Shown in pieces: positions 1-14,872 of a stretch of 64,000 nt of DNA (positions are counted from its first letter, which is position 1; each line of letters starts with the position of its first letter). The position numbers and the translations under genes are program-made. The notes beneath the pieces are model-generated. The model made no database searches. It saw only the letters and a list, made by a program, of their open reading frames with translations, and was not told the DNA's origin. The DNA lies in assembly GCA_964016885.1 (NCBI GenBank), contig OZ024742.1, positions 305,722,001 to 305,786,000 on the forward strand, written 5' to 3'. The stretch is from Eledone cirrhosa (taxonomy: Eukaryota).

Positions 1-418
1 TGAAAGAGTAATTCTGCGAAAGAAAGAAGTCTTTAGGACATATCTGTTAGATTTATTCACTTTATCAAAGACTTACTATAGTGAATAGTACACTTTTACC
101 GCCCTCTCCTACAAATTTTGCACCGCTTAATATCTCGCCTAGCTTATATCCATTTTTGCTTTCCCCCTCCTTTGTCATTCTTCATTTTTACCATCTTCAC
201 TTCGTTACTTCTTTCCCCCTTCTCCTTTTATCATTGTATGAAGGAATGGTAGACAAGTAAAGAGAGACTACGCATGCGTTGATCTGTATATCCACACATA
301 CACACACCCACATACACACTTCCACTGCATCATAAAATTATAAATGTACTTTTATCGAGAAGTGTATTTATGAACGGATAACACACACACACACTCATAA
401 ACTCACACACACACACAC

Positions 419-502
<84 letters not shown>

Positions 503-861
503 TATACATGTATGTGTGTATATATAAATATACTATTTTATGTACATATTTGTATAAACTCATGAATTGCACATGTTATTATAAATACATATTCATTGTA
601 CGTTAATAATGTATAATGAGTGTGTTCGCACTTGTTTCCATTTATGTTAATTTCTACTGATTTTCCGTATTCCAATGCATGTATGTATTTGCTTCAGTGT
701 AGTTTGTATAAGATCTATAAACTACCATTTTAAAGTGATGCATTCGCATAATATAAACAAATGCTCGCACAGATACGCATGTATAGATTTCCACTAAACA
801 CATAAGGTTTCTTTCGTCACAAATATAATAAAAGAGTTATTTATTTCATCGGCACAGTGAG

Positions 862-1165
862 AAGCTGCGTGGCTTAGCGCTTAGGTTGTCGAATTAACAC
901 TCAGAAAGGTCCTAATTTCGATTATAGGAACGGGTGTCGTGTCGTGTCCTTGAACAAGACACTTTATTTTACTTTGCCCCAGTTAACTCAGATGGTTTTA
1001 TCGGTCTTTGCCTTTGCTTGGGACAATATCGTTGGCGTGAAAAAGTGAAACTGGCATGGATGTGCTTAGGCTCCCACATTGGAGGAGTGTGTTCCATGTG
1101 CAAACCCAGGGTCTGTAATGCCTGGAAGAATCACTTATGCATTGTATGGCTTAAACAACCTTAAA
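862..1165 (+). mobile_element. Old tRNA-derived CORE-type SINE
   Basis: A-box GTGGCTTAGCGCTTAG and CORE-like GTGTCCTTGAACAAGACACTTTA. Confidence 0.55.
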
Positions 1166-1294
1166 AGGGAATTTGAAATAGATATGTGCAATAATTGGTT
1201 GAGTTAAACATATTAGAGTATGGTTTTGTTCTAGCAATAACTTGTGATATTATTTTTGAGCCACTGGTCAGTTATGATCGGGTTAACAAATAAT

Positions 1295-1490
1295 TGTTTC
1301 TACGTTAGGCACAAGGCCAGCAATTACCCAGTGCATTACTGGTACTTTATTTTATCGACCCCGTAAGGATGAAAGGCAAAGTTAACCAAAGTTAACCGGG
1401 ATTTGAACTCAGAATGGCAAGGGCCGTAACTCTATACGTCAAAGCATGGCGTCCGACCCTCTCCCAACACTGCCAATCCACCGCCCTTAA
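1295..1490 (-). mobile_element. tRNA-derived SINE (family S1) with an 18-bp target-site duplication
   Basis: B-box GAGTTCAAATCC on the minus strand; body GCCTTTCATCCTTACGGGGTCGATAAAATAAAGTACCAGT. TSD ATCGGGTTAACAAATAAT at 1277-1294 and 1494-1511. Confidence 0.85.
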
Positions 1491-2614
1491 CAAATCGGGT
1501 TAACAAATAATGGAATGCAATCATGCCGTGATGATCTCGTCATAAAAGGCAATGCTTAAAATGGTAACAACTCCTCTTTCCACTTTTTCGCCATCTGGTC
1601 TCTTTCCTTCCTTGTTGCTGAGAGTTGGGGAACATGGATAATTGCACCATTGCTAAATAATACTATTTGTGTATGATTATCATCGGGAAACAGTGCTGTG
1701 GTTGAGTTCCGAATCCTCATCTGATCATTTTTAGGAAACCGTCTCTCTAGCTGCAGCTCATTTGCCTTCATCGAAAGGATGATGACATAGGCCACTTGAA
1801 AAGTGGTTAAGGAGTCTCATTTACCTCGGATTTTAAATCAGAGTGATCTTTCTTCTGTCAGTCAAGATGATCTTTGTATATATCCACGCATTCATATTTT
1901 TTGTTTTTTGGTTTCATCTTTTATCAGCGATGGCCCAACATTGTGACAGGTTGTACTGGGTCACATGTTACCAGAATCACTCGCGAGCAACTTGACATAT
2001 TTTCATTAAAGAAATTGTCCGTATTCAGAAATTTACATATAATGATTCTCCTAGATTCGGATACACCCTTAAAACACGTATGAAACTGTTAGCTAGAAGT
2101 GTGTGAGTCAGCATGATGGACATATTTCTACTAACTGATTATATACATATCTATGCCATATCTATGAATTAATAAAATGAAGTGACATCATATAATAGGC
2201 AATCATGCTTCTATACACACTCCAAGCTGCAAAATTTACATATCCCAAATCTAATAACGTATGACTAATATTGAGCGAGAGAGAGATATTGATGGGGGAT
2301 AGAGATGAGGGGGACAGAGATCAGAAATGGACAGTTATAATGAATACCTGTTATTTCCTATGGATGCAGCGAGCTAGATTTGATTGACTCAATGACATCG
2401 ATATTTATGTTGTGTTGGATTAGAAACGAGAGATGCTTTTGTGGGCTTCTCACTTAGTTCTAAAGTTTAACAATGCTATTAGAGTGTTCTAGACAATACA
2501 TGTATTAATGTATAACTAATCCTTTTAACGTTTCTGGAGCGATCAAATAACCCAAAGCTGGTTACATTGGAGTTAATCTCAGAATCAAAGCACTGGATAC
2601 AAAACCTCAGTGGC

Positions 2615-2882
2615 GATTGATGAACCTCTGTTGATCAACGGAATAACTAGTTTCTGAAATTAATGTGTAAGTAGCTGAGCATTCCACCAGCATCTTAACG
2701 TAATTATCAGTGATTCAGCGGGACACAGTGTTCAACAAAGCTGATCCTTTAAAATACAGGGACAACCTATCCGACGTGTTACCCACAAGGCATGGATAAT
2801 GACACTGGTTCAAGATGCTATGAAGTGGGATCGAACCCAGGACCTAATGATAGCGAAGCGAACAACTTAACAATTTGGCCCT
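2615..2882 (-). mobile_element. Old SINE family S2 (related degenerate copies near 4850, 7385, 16730, 28480, 40985, 54480, 62115)
   Basis: Shared CAGTTG.TC.ATCAAC.GAACAGCCTG...CTTAACGTAATTCTC motifs. Reverse tRNA-like head GTGGGATCGAACCCAGGACC at ~2825. Confidence 0.55.
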
Positions 2883-3041
2883 GCTACGTCCTCGACACTC
2901 ACTGTAATGCGTTTAGGTTCTATATTCAATTGACTTATAGTAGAAGTTGTGGTGGTAGTATTAATAGTTGTAGTGGTAGTAGTGATGATGGTGGTAGTAG
3001 TAGTGGTGGTGGTGGTGGTGGTAGTAGTAGTAGTAGTAAAA

Positions 3042-3101
<60 letters not shown>

Positions 3102-3825
3102 ATATTTCCAGTAAAACAAGTATGAACTTCACGGTTCAAAATTCCACCGCATTTCATATTAAGCTAAAGGCTGTATGTCGACGTATCAAAAGTCGAAGAA
3201 TGAGGCGGGGGGTTAGATGATGGGGGTGTTGGGGTGGAGTTTGGAGAAGAAAAAGGTAAAAGAAAAGAGAAAAAGGAGGTTTGAAAGAAATGAAATAAAA
3301 TAAATTTTCTTTCCTTCCTTGTTTCCTTCCTTCCATTTACTCCTCCTCTCACTTTCTAACCTTTTTATTACTTTTTTAAAATTATTTTATGTTTATTTTT
3401 TATTATATTTTTAATTTTCATTTTACCAATTTCTTCTGAAATGAAATGAAATTACAACAACAACCATAGTAATAATAATAATGATAATAATAATAATCCT
3501 AATAATAATAATGTTAATAATAATAAAAAAATAATGATAATAATAATAAATTCTCTCACAAATATATATATATATATAATATACATAAATATATATATAA
3601 AAAAACGAATAAAATCATATGATTCTGAAGTCGGAAGAGATAGAAAAGAAGAGAAGGAGAAAACGAAACGAGGAAAGAGGTAGGGTAAAAGCGAAGTATG
3701 GAGGGTGTGGGATGGAGGAGAGGTGATATGAGAGATGGAGTTGGGCAGGGAGTCGAGCGGAAAAGGAAGAAATTTAGTGGAAAGACAGAATTTTTTGAAG
3801 AAAACAAAGACATAGCAACAACAGC

Positions 3826-3831
<6 letters not shown>

Positions 3832-3908
<77 letters not shown>

Positions 3909-3950
3909 TATTAATATATGTATATATATATATATATATATGTGTGTGTA

Positions 3951-3984
<34 letters not shown>

Positions 3985-4032
3985 TATATATGTATATATA
4001 TATGTATATATATATATATATATTAATATATG

Positions 4033-4067
<35 letters not shown>

Positions 4068-4068
4068 A

Positions 4069-4130
<62 letters not shown>

Positions 4131-4154
4131 TATATGTATATATATATATATATA

Positions 4155-4249
<95 letters not shown>
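3832..4249. repeat. Compound (TA)n microsatellite, representative of many (e.g. 422-500, 8205-8516, 57759-57986, 58606-58877)
   Basis: Seen directly in the sequence. Confidence 0.95.
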
Positions 4250-4251
<2 letters not shown>

Positions 4252-4699
4252 AGTAGCAAAGAGGCCGTCAAAGATACCAGATTGGATTTTTGGCTGTTTG
4301 TCTTGTATTTTATGAGGAGGTGGGTTTGTGTTTTGAGGGTGGCTGGTTAAGGGAGATATTGTGTGTATATATATCTGAAGGAATGTCTGATTGTGTGTGT
4401 GTGTGTGTATGTGTGTATGTGTGTGTATCTGTGAAAATGTGAGAGATTTTCAAGTATAGGTGGATGAATGTATGCATGTGTATTTCTGTGTATGTATAAA
4501 TGTCAGAACATAATTTTCTCTGTGTATCTGTGTGTATACTCTAGCATGCTGTGCTATATGATTTGTTTTAATTTTTGAAGATTGGAAATATAAAATAAAA
4601 GATGAGTGTTAAAAATGCTGCTGGAAACAGTAAAAGTGAGAGGAAGATAGCTAGAGAAAGAAAGACAAACAGAGAAAGGCAGATAGGGTGTTACTGAGT

Positions 4700-4731
<32 letters not shown>

Positions 4732-5043
4732 AAGAGAGCATGAAAGACATGAAACTAGAAGTGAGTAAGAAAGTGTATAAGACAGAGAAACATTCTAACG
4801 GGAGAGATGATGTAAATAAGGAACATGAATCGATCGATGGACTTCTGTTGCTTTCGACGAAGAGTGTTTCAGTTGTTCAATCAACAGAACAGCCTGCTCA
4901 GACTTGTGTACCTTTAACGTAATTCTCTGTGATATTCACCTGTGCGACACAGTGTATGACAATCCATGTGATGCGCTTCCAAAGGGCTAAAAATCTATCC
5001 AATTTCACTCATAGGGAATGGGTAGCTTAATGATCGCGAACCT

Positions 5044-5211
5044 CCGTATTTCCCGGCGCCGAAGACGCTTCGTCATCGAAGACGCACCCTAATTTTGACA
5101 ACCAAAAATTTGAAAAAAAATAATAAACAACCTTCGGCCGCCAGGACACATGGTAGATTTTTGAGACTTATTTTAAGAAAGTGGTAGCGACCTCGACGCC
5201 GGGAAATACGG
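5044..5211. mobile_element. MITE, pogo/Tigger-like
   Basis: Perfect 15-bp TIR CCGTATTTCCCGGCG / CGCCGGGAAATACGG. The TA TSD is not preserved. Confidence 0.75.
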
Positions 5212-5516
5212 TCCCTAACATTTCGACACGGATGCATCTACATAAGAAACACAATCAACCAAGACTCTTATACGTACACATACACGTATATATTTACGCA
5301 CGCACATTCATAAAGACATTCACACACACACCTTATCACCGTCTTCGCCACCGTCATTGACATACGTACATTCTGATATATGCCCCCACCCTCAGACATT
5401 ACTCTTTCCAACGGTGTTATATGCAAGGTTTACTGATATATTTATATTCCCATATGTATTATTGTATTGATGTCATGTTGGAACTGTTTGTTTATATGTA
5501 TAAATGTATGTATGTA

Positions 5517-5602
<86 letters not shown>

Positions 5603-5679
5603 AGTTTTATGGGGATGGCTATAGATATATTTATCTTTTGTGTAAATGATTGTATCATTTATGCCATGTTTTAAATATA

Positions 5680-5719
<40 letters not shown>

Positions 5720-8201
5720 TTTGTTAGTATATAGTGGAATTTAGGCACATAAAATTGTATACACATTTCCATTTACGTATGTTACCATTAGCAAATATTT
5801 ATCTTTATTTTTTATTTGTCTGCATTTGCGTGTATGTGTGTATAATTATGTGCATGTTCATATTTGTATGTGTCTGTGAATGTGTGTTTACTTTAAAACA
5901 AAATATCAAGTCTCTTGAGTTAAAATATATATTGTACTAAGCATTTGTGTTTATTACATTTGTTCACGTGCCAACTCAGTATGTATGCATGTGCGATTTT
6001 TGTATGCGTGTATGTGATTAGTTTTGATCATGTACATGTAAGAGTATCTTTGTATGAGGGGAGTCTTGTGTAACACTCCAGTGGATTGAATTCGTAAATT
6101 TCCAAATGGAGAATTTAGAAATGTTTTACCCACTGTTATACTGAGTGCAATTCACTCCATTAGCTACATTTCACTATATCTTCCATTGTTGTTGTATATG
6201 TTGTTAAGTGTAGCATGTCTAGCTTCTTAGTTCGAAAGTATTCTTTAGATATCGCCTTGTTTAAAGATGTAGATCTTTTAAACCAGAGTACAGTACTGTA
6301 GATTTCCTATTCGTCTGTATGGATACTTAACTTTTCCGCAACTTTTGGCAATGTTTTGTCACTAATTGTAAATTGATCCCATAAGAATACCTAGTAGAGA
6401 ACAATATATAACTGTTTGACTTTGTACTACGGAGCCGGTGATTCTTGGATCAACAAGTGCTTTTTGCCAACTACCTGATTTTAATCATCTGTCTGAAATA
6501 GTTAATAATTCTACCTCAAAAAAACAGAGACCGCATTGAAAAAAACACACGTTGGATAATGTTATCCTAGGTTTTCTGTACCCTCATTGATTTGTCAAAC
6601 CCTGAATAAGGAAAGCAAAGTATGCTGTGTGATGTAGTTAATGAATTTCATACCAAATTCGGGCATGAATGTACGTTTTAGAGCCCCTAAATATCTCATC
6701 TAGAAGGCCATTCCTTAATCAAACAGTAAAATGTGACTGTTAGCAGAAATTGTTTGACGGCATCTCTATCGATGAACGCATTTACAATTTTATAAGGTGA
6801 ATTGGTAGAAACGTTAGAAGGTCGGTTAGAAAGCTTTGCAATATTCGTTCCGAGAAGTTGTGCTCTGCGTTCAAAACTCGCCTGGGTCGGATTTGCTTTC
6901 ATCCTTTCGAGTTCGATAAAAAAAAATGTATCATCCCAGTACTGTGTCCATTTTTGTCGCTTACTCTTTTTTCTCTATCTATATTTAGAAGAGTTCAGCT
7001 ATGTTCACATCCATTCCTAACCAAATACAGAGTTCTTAGAAACCACGACTTTACACCTTCTCCTAATAATTTCAATTTTACTAACTTCAAGTTAAACAAC
7101 AAAGCATTTTGATAATGAATATTGTTTCTCACTACTAAATAATCTTTCATGTCACTATCTATATCATCATCATCCTCATCCGGTGGTCTCAGCCAAAATC
7201 GACTCAAAAATTGATCTCCACGTGGGTCTGTCGCTCATTGTCGTTGCCAAATACTGGAGATAACATCGGGATAGGAGTACATGTGCCCCCTGTTAAGGTA
7301 TGTGGATGAGGAGAAAAAGTAAATTTAAAAAATCAACCCAATTACTGGTGATAACTTTTCAGAATGTTCACATGGCTCTCCCTCGATTTCGACGATGAGT
7401 ATTTCAGTTTTTCAATTAGCAGAACAGCCTTCTTAAAGAATTAGCGTGTAAATGGCTGGTCATTCCAGAGATATGTGTATACTTAACGTAAGTCTGAGAG
7501 TAAATCAAAATTATAAAGTTCATGACAAGACTGGCCCTTTGAAATACATATACAATCTATCAAACGAGTTTCAAGTTTTCACTCATTATATGAGTTGAGA
7601 CTGACGAAGTTTTCACTATATATAACATTATACATGACGAAGTTTCCAAGTATGGAACCCAGGACATAATGATTGTAAAATGAACTTTCTAACCATCTGG
7701 CCATGCTGTGTCTTCCAAAAAACATACCCTTTCATACGCCTAGACATTTGGATTGTTTGCTGGTGTAAAACTAATAAAAAAAATAAATAAAAAAAATGAA
7801 TTATTCCCTACACCCCACCGATTCCTGGTTTCATTACCAGATAACTAACATTTTAAACACATATCTAACTATTTATCTATCTATCAATCTATCTGATGAA
7901 ATAACACAATTTTCGTTTTTCTTAATTTTTTTTTTCCTCTGCCAGTACTTCATTCTCATCTGACTTACAACCTTAAACTCTCCTCATCCTATCCCTCTTA
8001 TTCTTTTCACTCCTATAACAACCACTACCATTACAACCAGGATCCACCATTCCCACACGTTCATTCCCTCTCTTTAATCGCTCTTTATTCAATGTTTTAC
8101 TTAAAACACTATTTCTATCTTGATCACTATCTCCGTCAGTTTTATTCGTTTTTATATATTCACTAGTTGTGTGTATCGCGGTATCTATTTCTCTGAATAC
8201 A

Positions 8202-8271
<70 letters not shown>

Positions 8272-8361
8272 TATATATATACACACACACATATATATAT
8301 GCATACATATATATATATATATATGTATATATGCATACATATACATATATATATATATATG

Positions 8362-8522
<161 letters not shown>

Positions 8523-9853
8523 TTGTGTTAGCGTGTGAAATTAGTCATGTATGTTTTAGTATGTATGGGATGTCTAGTATACATGTGCTGTTATATATAT
8601 TTGTTTGTTTGTCTGACACTTTCTGTATGCATGTTTGTGCAATCCTCCGCTCATGTATGGGCTAGTGTGTATATTTTTTTTATATATTCATATATTTCAA
8701 TGACAAAGTGTGATTAAGTGTCAATATGTGTCTGGGTCCGTGTTTGCGTGTATCTATAACCTGTCCTTAATCGGTTTAATGTGTGTCTTAGTGACTGATG
8801 TTAATATATTTTACGGGTGTTTGGTTATATTGGCTTTTGTGCAGTGAGTATGTGTATTAAGGTGTGTGAGGGTTTGCATACCTTCTGGTTACGTACATAT
8901 ATACTAAATAATACTAATTCCATATAGATACGTGCGTATATATTTATGTATACGCGGATGTATTTGAGCAGAAGTGTTTATATGAGAGTATGTGTGTGTT
9001 AATGTGCATAAGTTTACGGGATGTTGTGCGTATATAATAAAATGATAGTATTTATGAATATATAGATATGAGTATATACACATATGTTCACCAGCATGTG
9101 TATATGTGTGCGCAGGCGCATGTTTACATACTTTGTCGTTGTAGAAAACGATTGTAATCTTGAGATGTTAAAAATGGTTGTCCCCTTCGGTAAGAGAAAC
9201 GGCTGATAAGAAATGAAATATCTGAAAGTAACAATGGTGGAGGTGGGATGGTTGTATGTATATGTAAATGTTTACCGCCTGGATGTATGTGTATCTGTGT
9301 GTTGTGTGTATGTGTTTGTATTGTGTGCCATATATAAATATGTGCGTGTGTGCCATATGTATGCATGTATGTGTGAATATGTATATATCTAAATGTTTGC
9401 CGCGTAGATGTGTGTGTATGTGTGTATGTATGTGTGTTGTGTGTATGTGTTTTCGCATGTGTACCATATGTATATGTGTGCGCGTGTACCATATGTATAT
9501 GTGTGCGTATGTATATGTATGCATGTATGTGTATGTATATGTATGCATGTATGTGTATGATCGTATATATGGCTCGTGTATGTGTGCATATGTGCATGTA
9601 TGTCTCGTGTATGTGTTCATGCGGATTTTATGTATGTGTGCTTGTGTCTCTTTTGTATATGTGCATATGTGTATATATGTGTGTTTACGTGTGTCTCGTG
9701 CATGTGTGTCTATATATGTGTCTATATATATATGCATGTGTGTATATATGTGTGTGTACGTATGGCCCACGTATATGTGTCTGTAGTTATGTGTCGTGTA
9801 TGTGTGCATGTGTGTATATAAGTGTGTGTACTTGTATTTCGTGTATGTGTGCT

Positions 9854-9888
<35 letters not shown>

Positions 9889-10182
9889 TTGTGTGTACTT
9901 TTGTTTCGTGTATGTGAGCTTGTGTGTCTATATATATATATATATGTGTGTGTGTGTGCGTATATGTGTGTACTTGTGTTTCATGTATGTGAGCTTGTGC
10001 ATACGTTTACGTCTGTGATGTTAGCAATGAAACACTAACAACTAAGTAAAGAGAAAATAAAATAATAAAGATAGTAAAGAAGTATTTTCCACAAGGTTTC
10101 TACCTGAACTGAATTAAATGAACTGCTGGACAATATCTCTATGTTTTACTATATAAAACAATGATGAGAAGAGATAACTAGA

Positions 10183-10620
10183 ATGGTGGTGGTGGTGGTG
10201 ATGGTAGTGGTGGTGATGGTGATGGTGGTGTTATGGGTGGTGGTGATGGTAGTGATGGTAGTGATGGTAGTGGTGGTGGTGGTGGTAGTGGTGGTGGTGC
10301 TGATGGTGATGGTGGTGTTAGGGGTGGTGGTGATGGTAGTGATGGTAGTGATGGTGGTGGTGGTGGTGGTGGTAGTGGTGGTGGTGCTGATGGTGATGGT
10401 GGTGTTAGGGGTGGTGGTGATGGTAGTGATGGTAGTGATGGTAGTGGTGGTGGTGGTGGTAGTGGTGGTGGTGCTGATGGTGATGGTGGTGTTAGGGGTG
10501 GTGGTGATGGTAGTGATGGTAGTGATGGTAGTGGTGGTGGTGGTGGTAGTGGTGGTGGTGGTGATGGTGATGGTGGTGTTAGGGGTGGTGGTGATGGTAG
10601 TGATGGTAGTGGTGGTGGTG
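10183..10620. repeat. 87-bp minisatellite built from GGT/GAT/AGT triplets (~5 units)
   Basis: Marker GTTA recurs at 10230, 10317, 10404, 10491 and 10578. Confidence 0.9.
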
Positions 10621-11116
10621 GTCGTTGTCGTGTTAGAAGTGATGGTGGTTGTGCTGGTGTTAGTGGTGGTGGTGGTTGTAGTAGTAGTGGTGGTGGTGTT
10701 AGTGGTGTTGGTGTTGGCAGAGATGGTAGAGTCGGTGGTAGTGACGGTAATGGTGGTGATTATGGTGTCGGTATTGGTAGAAGTGGTCATGATTTGAATG
10801 ATGGTGTTGTGGTGACGGTGTTGGTAATAGTGGTCTTGGTGTGAGTGCAGGGGTTTGTGGTGGTAGTGGTAGTCGTGGTGGTGGTGGTGGTGGTGGTGAC
10901 GTTGCTGATATTAACAGAGATGAGGGAGTTGGTGGTAATGATGGTGGTGATTGTGGTGAAGTGGTTGGTCACATAGTTGGTTATAAATGTGGTGATGGAA
11001 GGTTTAATGATGGCGGCAGCAAAGACTGTGGTTCTGATGGTATTGCTGCTGCTTTATGGCACTAATGTTGATAATTGAAGAGGGAAATGAAGGAAGAAAG
11101 AAACCAACGAGAGGGA

Positions 11117-11174
<58 letters not shown>

Positions 11175-11251
11175 AACGCGAATTTATGTGTAATGCATCC
11201 ATACAATCCTGAAGATTTACATACCCATACATATATTATTCCCCCTCCCCA

Positions 11252-11341
<90 letters not shown>

Positions 11342-11481
11342 CTATTCTCTCACGATACTAAAATATTCTCTATATATATACATACATATATTAAAGTGCG
11401 TTCACACAGTCGTACGAACCCAAAGACATACAGAGATTGATACATAGCTATATAGTAAGAAATACAGAGTGTAGGTATAGC

Positions 11482-11526
<45 letters not shown>

Positions 11527-12127
11527 GAGAGAGAGAGAGAGATAAACAGGGGGTGGGGAGAAAGGTATATATCGATAGAAAACACAAGAAATCAGTCGAA
11601 TGTTGTATTTTGGGGCGGGTAAGGAGACATTTGATGAGAGGAGTAAGGAAATGACAAACACAGAAAGTGACTATTCGGACGCCATATTGTTGTAGTTGTC
11701 TCATTGTTGTTGTTATGGTGATGATGACGTTGGGGGTGGTGGTCTTATCTGTTTTATTTTTCACCTTATAGTTAGTTCATTAATTGAGTATCGGAGATAA
11801 TTGGGAAGATATTTCATTTGTTTTTATCTTCCTATCATTGGACTTTTTTTTCCTTTTATCTTTCAAGCTTTTTTGTTTTGTTATTTAATTAATTTTATAT
11901 ATTCACACACGAACACAGACACACACACACGAACACGCACACGCACACAGACACACACATACACACGCACACATACACACACGCAGAGAGAAAGAGACAC
12001 AGACACATACACGCACACAGACACATATTTATATATATTTATTCGACTAGAGCCATATGGCGTTATTTAGAGTTCACGTTGCTTTGTACTTTGTAAATGG
12101 AGTGTTTCTTCGAAGAACATATACACA

Positions 12128-12261
<134 letters not shown>

Positions 12262-13313
12262 CTTATAATGCATGTGCTGGCGTTCATTTCTCTATGGTAT
12301 TTTCATTTTGAAGATATCTGGCTTCAGTATATGTTAGGTTAACGTTGATATTATATACACTACTAAGCTACCTGTTAACATTACAGTCAGTTCCCTTCAT
12401 AATTGTTGTTTGATATGTATTAGTGACAAAGAATGTGTGACATAAATATGGGGGTATTAAAAGGCATCTAATAAAGGCACAAAACTATATATTTTGTGAT
12501 GAAAATCATACTCCAGCATTTCACTGGTATTTATTTCATTACCAGTTATAATTACAAACATCTTATATCTTTTATAATAATATTAAATGAACTTAGACTA
12601 TTAAATATTAACTTGCCGGCTATTTTGTTTTTCTGTCTCGGAAAAATTTTAAAGCAATTTAACCTAAGTGTGTTTCGAACTGAAAGTGTATCACCATTTA
12701 TCTCTTCTACCACTCAGATTGGTTCAGTACACTTAAATAAAAATGGTATTATGTACGACAATATTAAGCTACGGGAAACGATGATATTAAAAGTAATCAA
12801 AAGATTACACAGACACTTATTGTCTGTTTCTCCTCTAGAGTACTTAGTGTCTATCTTAGTATTTATCTGATAGACAAGTGAATTGAAGTATTTACAATGA
12901 AAGACCTTGGCAAAACTACAAGATGCCTACAGCAGACATGACTTCACGTTGTCTCATTTCGTATCTATTTACACATCCTATGTTAAAGAAAACATGAGGT
13001 TGTTACATTCATACCTTTACATTTAGTTATAGCAACGTTAGATACGTAATAAGATACAGGATAAAAATTTGCTTTTATTTGTAGTGTTATTTATTTAGAC
13101 AATGTAACATAAATGGGCCAGGTCATAGCAGCATAATTAAAAGAAATTGCTTGGTAACATTTGTTCCAGGTTAGATCCCATTGTACAGAACTGTGGGCAG
13201 CTGTTGTCATCTGTCTCTGTTTTAGGTTAATAATACCTGAGCAAAGGGCTACTTTACTTTTCTACCCAGTTGGATACCACTGTTGTGGTATAACACTGAC
13301 GTTTGTCGTTCAT

Positions 13314-13498
13314 TTGGCAGTATCAGTAGAGGGTCGGACGCCATGCTTTGCAGCATAGAGTTACAACCCTTTATGATCTGAGTTCAAATCCCGCCGAGGT
13401 TAACTTCAGCTTTCATCCACACGGGGTCGATAAAATAAAGGACCAGTAATACACTGGGGAAATTGCTGGCCTTGTGCCAAAAGTAGAAACAATTATTA
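13314..13498 (+). mobile_element. SINE family S1
   Basis: A-box-like TGGCAGTATCAGTAG, B-box GAGTTCAAATCC, same body as the other copies. Confidence 0.85.
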
Positions 13499-13921
13499 TC
13501 CCGGTATCTAGATCGGAAAATGTAGGTTGTATCTTTCTATCTTAACATACAATGCTTTCAGAAGAAAATATTTAAAGATGTATGTATAGAAGTCTCTTTG
13601 TACCCTAACGTTCTGATTAGGTAGTATTCCTTATTTCACAGCAAACTAGTAAGCCACCATTTACACGAAGTCTCCAATGCCAATCGGTCTTTCTGTTGCG
13701 TTAGGCATATAAGTTCATTTTCAATATATTGTCTAACTAACCATACGTGTACATTTACACGTGTGAAACACGAAGTAACAATGGATTGAATAACCGTCTC
13801 GTTCTTAATCTTACAAATTCTATTCGTTACACACACACACACACACACATACACACACACACACATATATATATATATATGTATATATATATGTATAATG
13901 CAATCTGAGTTTATCGATTAT

Positions 13922-14078
13922 TAATAATTGTTTCACCTTTTGGCACAAGGCCAGCAATTACCCAGTACATTACTGGTACTTTTATTTTATCGACCCCGTA
14001 AGGATTAAAGGCAAAGTTAACCTCGGCAGGATTTGAACTCAGACCATAAAGGGCCGTAACTCTTTGCTGCAAAGCATT
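13922..14078 (-). mobile_element. SINE family S1
   Basis: Reverse complement of the 13314-13498 body. Confidence 0.85.
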
Positions 14079-14099
14079 ATTATTATTATCGAATAATAA

Positions 14100-14198
14100 T
14101 AACTTTGCCTTTCATCCTTACGGGGTCGATAAAATAAAGTACCAGTGATACACTGGGATAATTGCTGGCCTTATGCCAAAAGTAGAAACAATCATTAT
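14100..14198 (+). mobile_element. 5'-truncated SINE family S1
   Basis: AACTTTGCCTTTCATCCTTACGGGGTCG...AGAAACAAT. Confidence 0.8.
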
Positions 14199-14251
14199 TA
14201 TTGAATATTAATAATAATATTTGATTAGTTTACAATTATGCAAACAAGCCT

Positions 14252-14424
<173 letters not shown>

Positions 14425-14597
14425 GTATATATATATATATATATTCCCTACCCTACTTTTCCTTTTTTTTTCTGTTTTCTATATCTCCTTATGAATCTTC
14501 TGAAGGATCAGTTAACTGCAAACGCCGTGTATTCATGTTTTTCTCATTTCTCAAGAGGTTGTACCTTAATCCGTCTTTTTGCTTTTTGATCTCGTGT

Positions 14598-14674
<77 letters not shown>

Positions 14675-14872
14675 ACCTGTATGAGTAGATGTGCCCATAG
14701 TTGTGTTTTCATTTACACTACTCTTAGAACCTTTGCTGTTGTTTATCTTATGCCTCATTGTTTCTTAACTAACATATGCTGCATATTCACACGCACTGTG
14801 CATTTTATGTTATTGCATCGAAATTAATTGACGAGTGTATTTTACTATATATCATCTTTTCTCTTTTTCTAG

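Noticed and set aside
1556-1795. 79-aa minus-strand ORF of complex sequence
   Set aside because: No recognisable domain or clear splice support, so it was left uncalled.
3698-4350. Long [16 protein letters not shown] ORFs here and throughout the window
   Set aside because: They are translations of dinucleotide microsatellites, not genes.
10230-10590. TTAGGG motifs and regular spacing suggesting a telomere or CRISPR array
   Set aside because: Only one TTAGGG per 87-bp unit, the intervening sequences are near-identical, and the context is eukaryotic.
10149-10844. Thr-rich, Gly-rich and Val-rich ~200-aa ORFs (mucin-like)
   Set aside because: Open in several frames on both strands because of the triplet repeat. 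No splice or domain support.
13314-13400. tRNA-like A/B boxes
   Set aside because: These are SINE heads, not tRNA genes; no complete cloverleaf.
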